64,000 nt of DNA from assembly GCA_963835445.1 (NCBI GenBank), contig CAWIFO010000001.1:322225-386224 (forward strand), read 5' to 3'. This stretch comes from an uncultured Actinomycetota bacterium (GTDB lineage Bacteria > Actinomycetota > Acidimicrobiia > Acidimicrobiales > RAAP-2). The position numbers and the translations under genes are program-made. A model generated the notes under the pieces. It saw only the letters and a list, made by a program, of their open reading frames with translations, searched no databases and was not told where the DNA came from. Below are positions 26,098 to 35,918 of this stretch, piece by piece (the stretch's first letter is position 1; every line of letters begins with the position of its first letter).

Positions 26098-27085
26098 ATG
26101 GTGACCCATTCGGATCAGCAGGTGTCCGTCCGGCAGGCCGAGACCGCGGCCACTGCCACGTTCGCTGCTCTGGAAGAAGCAGTGGCTGCCGTTGTGGCCA
26201 CCGCGGATTCCACCGTCCGGCTGGCGGTCGCCTGCCTGGCAGGAGGTGGCCATCTCCTGGTGGAGGACCATCCAGGGCTCGGCAAGACCACCTTGGCCAA
26301 GGCCCTGGCCGGCGCCCTGGGACTCCAATTCCATCGTCTCCAATGCACGGCGGACCTGCTGCCCGGTGACGTTGTGGGAGCCACCGTGCTCGGTCCCGAC
26401 GGAGGCGAACCCAGGTTTCGGCCCGGACCGGTGTTCACCAACATCCTCATGGCCGACGAGCTCAATCGGGCCTCCCCGAGGTCCCAGTCCGCACTCCTCG
26501 AGGCGATGGAGGAGCGCCAGGTGAGCGTGGACGGCGTCACTCGAGCGCTGCCCGAACCCTTCTTCGTCCTCGCCACCCAGAATCCGTTCGACGCCACGGG
26601 CACCTCGCCGCTTCCCCACGGTCAGCGCGGACAGGTTCCTCGTGCGCCTCATGCTCGGATACCCGAGTCGTCCACAGATGGACGCCATGCTGGCCGGACC
26701 GGATCCAGCCGAGACGGTCCGCCATGTGTCCCCCTCCGTCACGATCGGGGAGTTCCGGGACTTGATGGCTGCGGTCGCCAGTGTCCATGTGTCGATGGTG
26801 GTGCGTGGGTACGTGCTCGATCTCGTCGATGCCACGCGAGCCCACCCCCAGATCTCCGTCGGGGCCTCGCCGAGGGCGGCGCTCGCCCTGATCCGCGTCG
26901 CCTCCGCCCTGGCGGTGGCGGCCGGTCGCACGTTCGTGACCCCGGACGACGTGCAGGAGGCCGCGGTCCCGTCACTCGCGCATCGGCTGCTCCTCCGGCC
27001 CGGTGTGGAGTTGGCCGGCTCGGAAGGCGAAGCACTGATCGCCGAGATCACCGCATCGATCCCCGTGCCGCTGCGTGAGGGCTGA
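26098..27085 (+). pseudogene. MoxR-family AAA+ ATPase with one frameshift
   Basis: Walker A EDHPGLGKTTLAK, Walker B ILMADELNRA and FFVLATQNP in ORF 26026..27078. The continuation DRFLVRLMLGYPSRPQ to the lid domain is in ORF 26642..27085. The switch lies near the C4 run 26614-26617. ATG 26098 sits behind AGGAG. Confidence 0.8.
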
Positions 27086-28254
27086 CGGACCGTTGACGGC
27101 GCCAGCCGTCCGCCCGACGACCCGGGGACTGGCCGCACTCGGTGCCTTCGGACTCGTCGTGGCGGCAGCCTTCGCAACGGGCACCCCGGAGCTCGGCCCG
27201 CTCGCCGTCATCATCGGCGCTCCCCTGGCGGTGAGCCCGCTGCTCGCCCACCGCCGGGCGCGTCGGTCCATCGCCGACGGCGGAATTCCATGCCCACGTC
27301 GAGCCGGCAGCAGTCGAGGTCGGGACGAGCATGCAGGTCAAGCTCTCGTTGACCAACCGCTCGCGGGGGTCGAATCTCCCGTCGCTCGGGCTTGCCCCCG
27401 TCACGGGCCGGTGGCGGGCCCGAGGAGCCGGCCACGACGGTTCCCCCCGGCGGCACTGGGCCGCACCGTCGGTGTCGTCGATGTCGGTCCTCCCCGGGCC
27501 AGCCCCAGGGAGAACGGAGTCCATGCTGCTGGACGTACCCACAGGCCGACGCGGAGTGCTCGAGCTACCTTCCCAGCACACCTGGGCCCACGACCCGTTC
27601 GGTCTCGTTGGGACCCCGGGGCCCTCCACGCCCGTCGTGTTCGCCGCGGTCTTCCCTTCCCCGATTCGACTGGACCAGCCGATCGCCGCCGGCCCGGAGC
27701 CGGTCGCCGGAACACTGTCGAACGGGAGCCCGGCCCCGGGAGGCGGGACGGGTGAGCTCGAGGGCATCCGGCCCTACGTGCCCGGCGACCGTCTGGTCCT
27801 CCTCCACTGGCCTGCGATGGCCCGCTACGGGACCTGGTTCGTGCGCCAGTTCAGCGCCGAGGGTGGCACCGCGCGATCGATCGTGCTCGATGATCGGGTC
27901 GGGGTCCATCGGAGGGCGGAATTCGAACGGTTGATCTCCGCCGCGCTCGGGGCAGTCGACGAGATGACCGGTGAGCATCGGGCCGTGAGCCTGGTCACAC
28001 TCTCGGGACAGTCCTACTCGTTCGAGCCGACCGACCAGGGACGCAGCTCGGCCAGGCTGGTCCTGGCCGAGCTGCGTCCGACCGGTGCACGGGACGCGAT
28101 CGGACGCGCTCCGATTCCGCCCGACGCCGTCCTGCTCACGACCCGGACCGGAGCGGAACGCCTGATGCAGCGTCCGCCGGGCTCGAAGCGCCTCGCCCCG
28201 CGTGATGCCCGGGTCGGGACCTCCTTTCCGTCCTCGCGGGTCGTCGTCGTATGA
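27075..28254 (+). pseudogene. DUF58 family protein (MoxR partner) with one frameshift
   Basis: N-terminal TM part in ORF 27075..27755. The rest, with GELEGIRPYVPGDRLVLLHWPAMARYGTWFVRQF, is in ORF 27331..28254. The switch is near 27278-27292. The start overlaps the moxR stop. Confidence 0.75.
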
Positions 28255-30335
28255 GCGGCCGCTGGACGAAGGAAGTGGGCATGCTGGGGGCATCACTCGT
28301 CGCCGCCTTCGCCGTGGCACGGCTGGCAACCGGAGCGACGGCCGCCACCTTGGCTACGGCACTCGTCGGATACGTCGTGGTGGTGGTGCTGCGTCGTCGG
28401 GGGTCCCTGGCCGTCGGCCTCGGCGTGGTGGCCGTGGCAGTCAGTGCCGCATGGTGGGGACTCCACCTCTCGTCCCGAGCGAGAAGTCCAACCGCTCCCG
28501 CGCCGCAGTCATTCCGCCAGGTCCTCCAGGCGGCCCGACCGGTCTTGGTGGCATTCCATCTACCGTTCGTCCGCACCGCGGGGGTCATCGCGCTCTGCGC
28601 CCTGTTGGGCGGTCTGGCGACGGTCGCCGGACGGGCCTTCGGCACCCGTTCCCCGACCCTCTCGTTGGCCCCCGCCCTCGTCGTGGTGGTGTGGTCGGCG
28701 ATCCTCCTTCCTGCGACCGGGGTCGCTCTGGTCGGTCTGGTCCTGGGAGGTAGCGCCTTCCTGGTGCTCGGCAGCGGCCGGAGGTCGGATCGCAGGAGCT
28801 CGGCCGTGGTGGCCGGGGCATCGCTCGGTCTGGCGGCACTGACGCTGGGGTGGTCCGCCGTCGCCGGGTCGGACGTGGCCTCGCCAGGCGGCAGCGAAAC
28901 CGCCGCGGTCGCCCCGTCGGCTCTGTCCCTCGCAACGGATCTCACCGGGGTGGAGCGTCGGGACGCGACCGTCGTGCTCTTCCGGGCGGACTCCCATGTC
29001 TCGACCTACTGGCAGGTCACGGCGTTGACGGACTACGTGGACGGGCGTTGGGTCCCCGACCCTGGGACCGCAGCGCTTCTCCACGGATCGACTCCCCTCC
29101 GGATCCCTGCGCCGCCGACAGGTCAGCGACTGTTCACCGCCGGCGTGATCCTGTCCGGATACAGCGGCCAGCTGCTCCCTGCCCCTCCGTCCACGGTAGA
29201 CGCGTCGGGGTCGACGTCGCCGGTGGTCACCGCCTCCGGCGTGGTCGCCACCCTGCCCGTGCGCGCCGCGAGCAGATACGAGGTGACCGCGGTCGTCCCG
29301 ACTCCGGTGGTCGACTCACCGTCCGCCACACTGCCGTCGAGCGCGGACACGGCGCTCGGTCCGATCCCCGCGGTGGTCGACTCACTTGCACATTCGATCA
29401 CCGCCGCGCATTCCTCCCCCCTCGAGAAGGCTGAAGCACTGACGAATTTCTTCCGGTCGGGGCGGTTCCACTACGAGGTCACCACCACGCCACCCGCAGG
29501 AGTCGATCCTCTGGTGGCGTTCCTCACTGGGAACCGCACCGGTTCCTGCGAGCAGTTCGCCGGTGCATTCGCCGTACTGGCGAGAGCGTCAGGCCTCCCG
29601 ACACGGGTCGCCATCGGCTTCACCCCCGGACGACCGAGCAGCGGCGTGACCGTCGTCCGCGGAAGTGACGCCCACGCATGGCCGCAGGTCTACATCGACG
29701 GCAGCTGGGTGTCGTTCGAACCCACACCGCAGCTGCCCTCTGGCGAACTCTCCCCTCCTGGCGTGCTCGGTCCCTCGGGACTCGGGCAGCCCAATCCGAC
29801 GGGCCCGGAGGCACCGCCCCACGTGTCGATTCCGGTGGTGACGGCACCGGCTGCGACCAGCCCTTCGCCGATCGTGGCGACCCCGGCGACCTCCCGTGCC
29901 GACCCAGCAGCCGTCATTGCGTGGATCGTCCTCCTCTTCGTGATCGCCATCGCGGTTGCGGTGCTCGCCCGGCGTCGTCGAATCCGGCGTACGCCGACCG
30001 ATCGCGTCGTCGCGGCGTGGACCTCGATCGACCGGGCGCTGGAGCGACGGGGCCTGGCCCGACCGGTTTGGCGAACCCCGATCGGGCACGTCCGCACTCT
30101 GTCGAGATCGTCGCAGACGGAACAGGCCCACGCTGCCATAGCGGACATGGCCTCCGTCGCCACCATTCTCCAGAACGTGACGTACGGATCGGCCGAACTG
30201 TCGACCGCGGAAGTCGAGCAGGCCGAAGGGGCGGGCCGCCGTGCGCGACGGGCCGTGCTCGCCGGAGCATGTTCTGGGCCAGTCGACGATGATCTCGGAT
30301 CCGTTCGCCGGGAGCACGTGTCGACGGATTCGTGA
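28251..30335 (+). CDS. transglutaminase-domain membrane protein (TgpA-like)
   Basis: Multiple N-terminal TM helices. Transglutaminase core TGSCEQFAGAFAVLARASGLP and SDAHAWPQVYIDGSWVSFEPTP. A late TM helix. ATGA overlap with the DUF58 gene. Confidence 0.85.
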   Translation: MSGRWTKEVGMLGASLVAAFAVARLATGATAATLATALVGYVVVVVLRRRGSLAVGLGVVAVAVSAAWWGLHLSSRARSPTAPAPQSFRQVLQAARPVLVAFHLPFVRTAGVIALCALLGGLATVAGRAFGTRSPTLSLAPALVVVVWSAILLPATGVALVGLVLGGSAFLVLGSGRRSDRRSSAVVAGASLGLAALTLGWSAVAGSDVASPGGSETAAVAPSALSLATDLTGVERRDATVVLFRADSHVSTYWQVTALTDYVDGRWVPDPGTAALLHGSTPLRIPAPPTGQRLFTAGVILSGYSGQLLPAPPSTVDASGSTSPVVTASGVVATLPVRAASRYEVTAVVPTPVVDSPSATLPSSADTALGPIPAVVDSLAHSITAAHSSPLEKAEALTNFFRSGRFHYEVTTTPPAGVDPLVAFLTGNRTGSCEQFAGAFAVLARASGLPTRVAIGFTPGRPSSGVTVVRGSDAHAWPQVYIDGSWVSFEPTPQLPSGELSPPGVLGPSGLGQPNPTGPEAPPHVSIPVVTAPAATSPSPIVATPATSRADPAAVIAWIVLLFVIAIAVAVLARRRRIRRTPTDRVVAAWTSIDRALERRGLARPVWRTPIGHVRTLSRSSQTEQAHAAIADMASVATILQNVTYGSAELSTAEVEQAEGAGRRARRAVLAGACSGPVDDDLGSVRREHVSTDS

Positions 30336-30539
30336 GGCGACTGGCTGCCGCCGGGCGCCTGGGCGCGCGGGACCCGACCGATCGGCAGAGCCCCAGAGCT
30401 GCACGCCAGCCGGGGGTCCCGTCGATCGCGGCGGTGTCGAACTGGTTCTGAAGGCGATGCTCGACATGCCGAGGGGTCGGCCGCGACCGATTCGCAGGCA
30501 CCGGGTTCGAGCAGCGAATCTCTGGTGGCCTCCGATCAG

Positions 30540-30612
30540 TGCGCCCCGGGGGACTCGAACCACCCAACCTCCGGATTAAGAATCCGGTGCTCCACCGTTG
30601 AGCTAGGGGCGC
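30540..30612 (-). tRNA. tRNA-Lys (anticodon CUU)
   Basis: Reverse complement GCGCCCCTAGCTCAACGGTGGAGCACCGGATTCTTAATCCGGAGGTTGGGTGGTTCGAGTCCCCCGGGGCGCA. 7-bp acceptor stem, anticodon loop TTCTTAA, T-loop TTCGAGT. CCA not encoded. Confidence 0.9.
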
Positions 30613-30772
30613 GCCTGCAGCATAAGCCCCCGTCGCCGCCTGGGTGGGCGGGAGTCGGTCGCCAGGTCCGGCCCGGCGCGGGCCCCGGGCGGCACGGGGT
30701 CCTCTCCTAAGATGGCGGCTCCGCGACGGGTTCCGTCACCGTCGGCGGGACCCCCGGAGCGAGGAACCAGCC

Positions 30773-32293
30773 GTGACCAACGAGACCGACCCGCCGTCCG
30801 ACGACGCCCCTGCGCCGACGATCGACGCCCTGGTCGCCGAGCGCCGCCGCAAACGCGAGGCCCTCGTCGGCCAGGGGATCGATCCCTACCCGCCGCGGTT
30901 CGACCGCACGGCGCTGGCCGACGGTCTGCACCGGCGTCACGAGGGACTCGAGCCCGACGCCCGCACCGGCGAGCACGTGCGGCTGGCCGGGCGGGTCACG
31001 GCCGTCCGGCGGCACGGCAAGCTGTCGTTCGCCACCCTGTCCGACACCTCGGGGTCGATCCAGCTCCTGCTCCAGGTCTCCGCTCTGTCGGACCAGGCCA
31101 CCGTCGTCCTCGACTCCGTCGACCTCGGCGACTGGATCGGCGCCGAGGGCGAGGTGATCACCAGCCGACGCGGCGAGCTCTCGGTCGATGCCACCGAGCT
31201 GTGGCTCCTGTCCAAGGCGCTGCGCCCGCTTCCCGACAAGTGGCACGGCCTGACCGAGACGGACACCCGGTACCGCCAGCGAGAGGTCGACCTGCTGGCC
31301 AACCCCGACAGCCGCCGCGTGTTCGAGATCCGCTTCGCCGCCGTCGCCGCCATGCGCCGGCTCATGGAGGACGAGCACTTCGTCGAGGTCGAGACGCCCA
31401 TCCTGCAACCCCAGGCGGGCGGTGCCATCGCCCGACCCTTCATGACCCACGCCAACGCGCTCGACATCGACCTGAGCCTCCGCATCGCCCCCGAGCTCTA
31501 CCTGAAGCGCCTGGTGGTCGGCGGCTTCGAACGCGTCTTCGAGATCGCCCGCAACTTCCGCAACGAGGGAATCTCGACCCGGCACAGCCCCGAATTCACC
31601 GCCCTCGAGGCTTACCAGGCCTTCGGTGACCTGACCGACGGCATGCAACTGACCGAGGCGCTGGTGCTGGCCGCGGCCCGTGCTGCCACCGGGCGCACGA
31701 CGTTCGCCGTCGGCGACGCCGAGATCGAACTCGACGGTCCGTGGCCGCGCCGCCAGCTCCTCGACCTGCTCGAGGAGCGCCTGGGCCGTCGCGTGCACCC
31801 GACGGACCCGGTCGGGGAGCTGCGGACCGTGTGCGAGGAGCACGGGGTCACGCCGTTGCCCGCATGGGGCCCCGGCAAGCTGGTCTTCGAGCTCTACGAC
31901 CAGGTTCTGCTGCCCGGCATCGTGGACCCGCTCTTCGTCGTCGGGTTCCCGGTGGAGGTGTCGCCGCTGGCACGCCACACGGCCGACGACCCGACCATGG
32001 CCGACCGGTTCGAGCTGTGCATCGCAGCCAAGGAGTTCGCCAACGGGTACAGCGAGCTCAACGTGCCCGAGGAGCAGGCCGAGCGCTTCGAGTTCAGCGC
32101 CGCGGCGAAGGCGGGCGGCGACGCCGAGGCCCACCCCGCCGACCAGGCCTTCGTGCGCGCGCTGGAGTACGGCCTCCCGCCGACGGCGGGCATCGGTGTC
32201 GGCATCGACCGGCTGATCATGCTGCTCGCCGAGGTGGAGGCCATCCGGGACGTCATCCTCTTCCCCATGCTCCGGCCCGAGGCCACTGACTGA
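30773..32293 (+). CDS. lysS: lysine--tRNA ligase (class II)
   Basis: OB-fold N-domain (VRLAGRVTAVRRHGKLSFATLSD), FEIARNFRNEG and GIGVGIDRLIMLL. GTG 30773 sits behind GAGGAA. Confidence 0.9.
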   Translation: MTNETDPPSDDAPAPTIDALVAERRRKREALVGQGIDPYPPRFDRTALADGLHRRHEGLEPDARTGEHVRLAGRVTAVRRHGKLSFATLSDTSGSIQLLLQVSALSDQATVVLDSVDLGDWIGAEGEVITSRRGELSVDATELWLLSKALRPLPDKWHGLTETDTRYRQREVDLLANPDSRRVFEIRFAAVAAMRRLMEDEHFVEVETPILQPQAGGAIARPFMTHANALDIDLSLRIAPELYLKRLVVGGFERVFEIARNFRNEGISTRHSPEFTALEAYQAFGDLTDGMQLTEALVLAAARAATGRTTFAVGDAEIELDGPWPRRQLLDLLEERLGRRVHPTDPVGELRTVCEEHGVTPLPAWGPGKLVFELYDQVLLPGIVDPLFVVGFPVEVSPLARHTADDPTMADRFELCIAAKEFANGYSELNVPEEQAERFEFSAAAKAGGDAEAHPADQAFVRALEYGLPPTAGIGVGIDRLIMLLAEVEAIRDVILFPMLRPEATD

Positions 32294-32328
32294 GGAACCC
32301 TACTGAGGAACCCTGCTGAGGGACCCTT
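32290..32328 (+). repeat. 3 x 13-nt tandem repeat CTGAGGAACCCTN beginning on the lysS stop codon
   Basis: Units 32290-32302, 32303-32315 and 32316-32328 (third unit CTGAGGGACCCTT). Confidence 0.85.
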
Positions 32329-32392
32329 CGCATTGTGGTGGGACAGACTCATGCAGATCCCACATCATGAGCATCAGTGGTACAGTAGAACC

Positions 32393-32638
32393 ATGAGTGG
32401 TACGTATCAGGTGACGATGGGCGACAGGGGAAGGCTCGTGATCCCCGCCGAACTCCGCCAACGGGCGGGACTCGTGGAGGGGGCGGCGGTCGTGCTGGTC
32501 GACTCGCCCGGCGGCGTCGTGCTCCTCGGACGTGACCAACTGAAGGCGATGGTCCGTGCGGATCTCGCCGGACTCGACCTCGTGGGCGAGCTGTTGGCGG
32601 GCCGACGGGCGGAGGCCGCCGCCGACGACGCCGCGTGA
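32393..32638 (+). CDS. vapB: AbrB/SpoVT-fold antitoxin (VapB-like)
   Basis: VTMGDRGRLVIPAELRQRAGL. The stop overlaps the GTG of the downstream PIN gene (GTGA). Confidence 0.75.
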   Translation: MSGTYQVTMGDRGRLVIPAELRQRAGLVEGAAVVLVDSPGGVVLLGRDQLKAMVRADLAGLDLVGELLAGRRAEAAADDAA

Positions 32639-33000
32639 ACGTCTTCGACTCGTCCGCCCTGCTGGCCTTCCTCCATGGCGAGGACGGGGCCGATCCCGTC
32701 GAACGAGCGCTCCTCGACGGCGGTACCTGCGGAGCCGCCAACTGGTCGGAGGTGGCCCAGAAGATCGCGTCGCACGGACGGGACTGGCGTCTGTCCGGCG
32801 CCCTTCTCGAGAGCTACGGGTTGTGGGTGGAGCCCGTCACCCGCGACGACGGCGAACGGGCCGCCTCGCTGTGGTCGCCGGGCAGCGGGTGGTCGCTGGC
32901 GGACCGGCTCTGCATGGCGCTCGGCGACCGGTTGGACGCCACGGTGTGGACGGCGGACCGGAGCTGGGGCGACCGCAGCGGAGTGCGCCAGATCCGGTGA
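32635..33000 (+). CDS. vapC: PIN-domain ribonuclease toxin (VapC-like)
   Basis: N-terminal VFDSSALLAFL, later SLADRLCMALG and VWTADRSW acidic positions. 121 aa. Confidence 0.75.
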   Translation: MNVFDSSALLAFLHGEDGADPVERALLDGGTCGAANWSEVAQKIASHGRDWRLSGALLESYGLWVEPVTRDDGERAASLWSPGSGWSLADRLCMALGDRLDATVWTADRSWGDRSGVRQIR

Positions 33001-33115
33001 CACCCCGGCGGCGTGGTCCGTCCCACGTTGGACAGGTCCGGTGCGCCTTCCGGGTAGAACGGGGGCGTAGACCCGACGGCGCCGGCCGGCGCAGACCCCC
33101 CAGCGGAGGCTTCGC

Positions 33116-35374
33116 ATGACCACCCTCGAGCAGCTCCCGGGCGCGTCCTCCCGCACGGCGGGGGCTTCGCAGCCCGCCCGGCACAGTGCGCTGGCCCGTC
33201 TTGCCGGATGGTGCCACGACCACCGGTGGTGGGTGCTCGTGATCTGGATCGTCGGACTCGTCGGCGTCAACGTCGGCGCCCAGGCGCTCGGCAGCAACTT
33301 CTCCAACAACCTGTCGGGCGGCACCCAGTCGGCCCAGCACATCCTCGACACGCAGTTCCCGGCGCTGTCCGGTAGCCCGGCCCAGGTCGTCGTCACCACC
33401 ACGGCGCCCTTCACCGACCCGTCCAACCAGGCCCGTACCGCCCAGATGTCGGCCGAGTTGGCACGGCTGGGACACGTGTCCTCGGTGGTCAGTCCGTTCT
33501 CCCCCGGGGGTGCCGTGCAGATCTCGCGGGACGGCCATATCGGCTATGTCCGGGTGAACTTCGACCAGGAGGCCGGCACGCTGCCCACTGCGGCGATCCA
33601 GAGGGTGATCGACGCCGCCCAGTCCTATGCCGCCCCCGGCTACCACGTGGCCCTCGGCGGCCAGGCCATCGGCCTCGTGGCCGGTGCGAAGCCCGGGCCG
33701 GCCGAGGGAATCGGCATCCTGGCCGCCATCATCATCATGTTGCTCGCATTCGGGTCGGTCGTGGCGATGGGGCTGCCCATCGTCACCGCCCTGTTCGGGA
33801 TCGCCGTCGCCTTCGCCGTGCTCGACCTGCTGTCCCACGTGGTCACGACGCCGGTCTTCGCACCCGAGATCATGGCCATGATCGGCCTCGGCGTCGGGAT
33901 CGACTACGCCCTCTTCGTCGTGACCCGCTACCGGCAGGGCCTGGCCGAAGGTCGCGATCCGCGCGACGCCGTCGCCGTTGCGCTCGCCACCTCGGGCCGG
34001 GCCGTCGTGTTCGCCGGGAGCACGGTGATCCTGTCGCTGGCCGGACTCTTCATCCTGCAGCTGCCGTTCATGCGGGGCCTGGCCATCGGGGCGATCTCCG
34101 CGGTGGTCCTGGTGATGCTGGCGGCGCTGACCCTGCTGCCGGCCATGCTCGGGTTCGCGGGGCGGGCCATCGACAAGCTGGCCATACCCGGCCTCCTCCA
34201 GCGTGGTGCCGAACCGTCCGAGCGCGGCTTCTGGTACCGGTGGAGCCGTACCGTCCAGCGCCACCCCGTGGTCGCCGGCCTCGCCGCCGTGCTGGTGCTG
34301 GTGTGTCTGGCCCTTCCGATGTTCTCGATGCGCCAGGCTTTCACCGACGCCGGCAACGACCCGGTCAGCACCACGACCCGCCAGGCCTTCGACGCACTGG
34401 CCGCCGGCTTCGGGCCCGGGTTCAACGGGCCGCTGGTCGTGGCCGCTACGGTGCCCTCCGGCCGGCAGGGCACGGTCGATCACCTGGACGCCCAGGTTCG
34501 GGCGACGCCGGGCATCGCGTACGCCTCGCCGGCCCAACTGAACGCAGCGGGGACGGCAGCCGTGATCGTGGCCTATCCGGCCACCGACCCGCAGGCGGCC
34601 CGTACCGAGTCGCTCGTCCACCAGCTGCGCGACGAGGTGATCCCGGCGGCTACGGCGGGCACCGGCGTGCGGGCCTACGTCGGCGGGGAGACGGCGGGCT
34701 CGGTCGACGCCGCCACCTACCTGTCGGCGCGGCTCCCCTGGGTCATCGGCGCCGTGCTGCTGCTCTCGTTCCTGTTGCTGATGGCCGCCTTCCGGTCGCT
34801 CGCAATCCCGATCAAGGCGGTCATCGTCAACCTGCTGTCCGTGGCCGCCTCCTACGGCGTGATCGTGGCCGTGTTCCAGTGGGGCTGGTTGGGCGGCTTC
34901 TTCGGGATCGGGTCCACCGGGCCGATCGACCCGTGGATCCCCCTGATGATGTTCACCATCCTCTTCGGACTCTCCATGGACTACGAGGTCTTCCTGCTGT
35001 CCCGTATCCGCGAGGAGTGGCGGCTCACGGGCGACAACTCGGCGGCGGTGGCCGACGGGCTGGCCAAGACCGCCCGGGTGATCACGGCCGCCGCCGCCAT
35101 CATGATCTTCGTGTTCGGGTCCTTCGTCTTCGGCGACCCGCTGCACGTGCTCAAGGTCTTCGGGCTCGGGCTGGCTTCGGCCATCCTCATCGATGCCACG
35201 CTCGTGCGGATGGTGCTGGTCCCGTCGGTCATGGAGCTGCTCGGCCCGGCAAACTGGTGGATGCCGAGGTGGCTCGACCGGGTCGTCCCCCGCCTGGGCG
35301 TCGAAGTCGACGTGGAGCCACCGGCGACGGTCGGCGCACGTCCGACGGTGACGGTCTCCGCACCCGACGGCTGA
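33116..35374 (+). CDS. MMPL-family (RND superfamily) membrane transporter
   Basis: Two TM bundles with GIDYALFVVTRYRQ and GLSMDYEVFLLSRIREE. 752 aa. Confidence 0.9.
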   Translation: MTTLEQLPGASSRTAGASQPARHSALARLAGWCHDHRWWVLVIWIVGLVGVNVGAQALGSNFSNNLSGGTQSAQHILDTQFPALSGSPAQVVVTTTAPFTDPSNQARTAQMSAELARLGHVSSVVSPFSPGGAVQISRDGHIGYVRVNFDQEAGTLPTAAIQRVIDAAQSYAAPGYHVALGGQAIGLVAGAKPGPAEGIGILAAIIIMLLAFGSVVAMGLPIVTALFGIAVAFAVLDLLSHVVTTPVFAPEIMAMIGLGVGIDYALFVVTRYRQGLAEGRDPRDAVAVALATSGRAVVFAGSTVILSLAGLFILQLPFMRGLAIGAISAVVLVMLAALTLLPAMLGFAGRAIDKLAIPGLLQRGAEPSERGFWYRWSRTVQRHPVVAGLAAVLVLVCLALPMFSMRQAFTDAGNDPVSTTTRQAFDALAAGFGPGFNGPLVVAATVPSGRQGTVDHLDAQVRATPGIAYASPAQLNAAGTAAVIVAYPATDPQAARTESLVHQLRDEVIPAATAGTGVRAYVGGETAGSVDAATYLSARLPWVIGAVLLLSFLLLMAAFRSLAIPIKAVIVNLLSVAASYGVIVAVFQWGWLGGFFGIGSTGPIDPWIPLMMFTILFGLSMDYEVFLLSRIREEWRLTGDNSAAVADGLAKTARVITAAAAIMIFVFGSFVFGDPLHVLKVFGLGLASAILIDATLVRMVLVPSVMELLGPANWWMPRWLDRVVPRLGVEVDVEPPATVGARPTVTVSAPDG

Positions 35375-35447
35375 ACGGGTCGGTGGCAATCCACGGACCG
35401 GCGTCGCCGCAGGTTCGCTCTGTCCGCGATGTCTCGCGACATCACCG

Positions 35448-35535
35448 TGGCGGAAGGGGGGGGATTCGAACCCCCGGAGGCTTGCACCTCACACGCTTTC
35501 GAGGCGTGCGCATTAGTCCGCTCTGCCACCCTTCC
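35448..35535 (-). tRNA. tRNA-Ser (anticodon CGA), CCA encoded
   Basis: Reverse complement GGAAGGGTGGCAGAGCGGACTAATGCGCACGCCTCGAAAGCGTGTGAGGTGCAAGCCTCCGGGGGTTCGAATCCCCCCCCTTCCGCCA. Long variable arm, anticodon loop CTCGAAA. Confidence 0.9.
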
Positions 35536-35918
35536 GCCGGCGAGTGTAACGGAGGCAGGGAGGGGTCCCGGACGGGTCGGGTTCCGTTTCGGCGGGTGGG
35601 CCGCCCGCGCCGATCCCGGGCGTCGGGACTGTCCCCTGGACCGATGAGACACCGAAAATGCTAAGTCTCACGGAGGTCAGCACGCGGACAGCAGGCGTCC
35701 AAACGGGGGTCCGACCTGGTCGGCCAGGCACGCGGTCCACGGGCACGATACTGCGATCCCCCAGTACAGGAGGGGTACGGTGCGCGGGTCGGGGACGACG
35801 GGCAGGGCATGCCCGACATCCGGTGCCCGCCGCGGAGTAGGGTCGTGCATTCGGACAGAAGGCCCGGGCTGATGGGGGAGTGATACGCCAGCCCGGGGCG
35901 CGACAGCTTGGGGGAAGT

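Noticed and set aside
23883-30612. Genomic island integrated at tRNA-Lys
   Set aside because: The composition is somewhat A/T-richer and the block abuts the tRNA 3' end. However, I found no integrase or recombinase gene and no direct repeat of the tRNA 3' segment at the far boundary, and moxR/DUF58/tgpA is a widely conserved chromosomal operon.
30613-30772. T-box or other riboswitch leader in front of lysS
   Set aside because: I could not recognise a specifier-loop or T-box consensus, or an L-box-like structure. The spacer is short and shared with the divergent tRNA promoter.
35429-35647. 72-codon ORF MSRDITVAEGGGFEPPEACTSH...
   Set aside because: It overlaps tRNA-Ser(CGA). The GGFEPP string is simply the T-arm read as protein.
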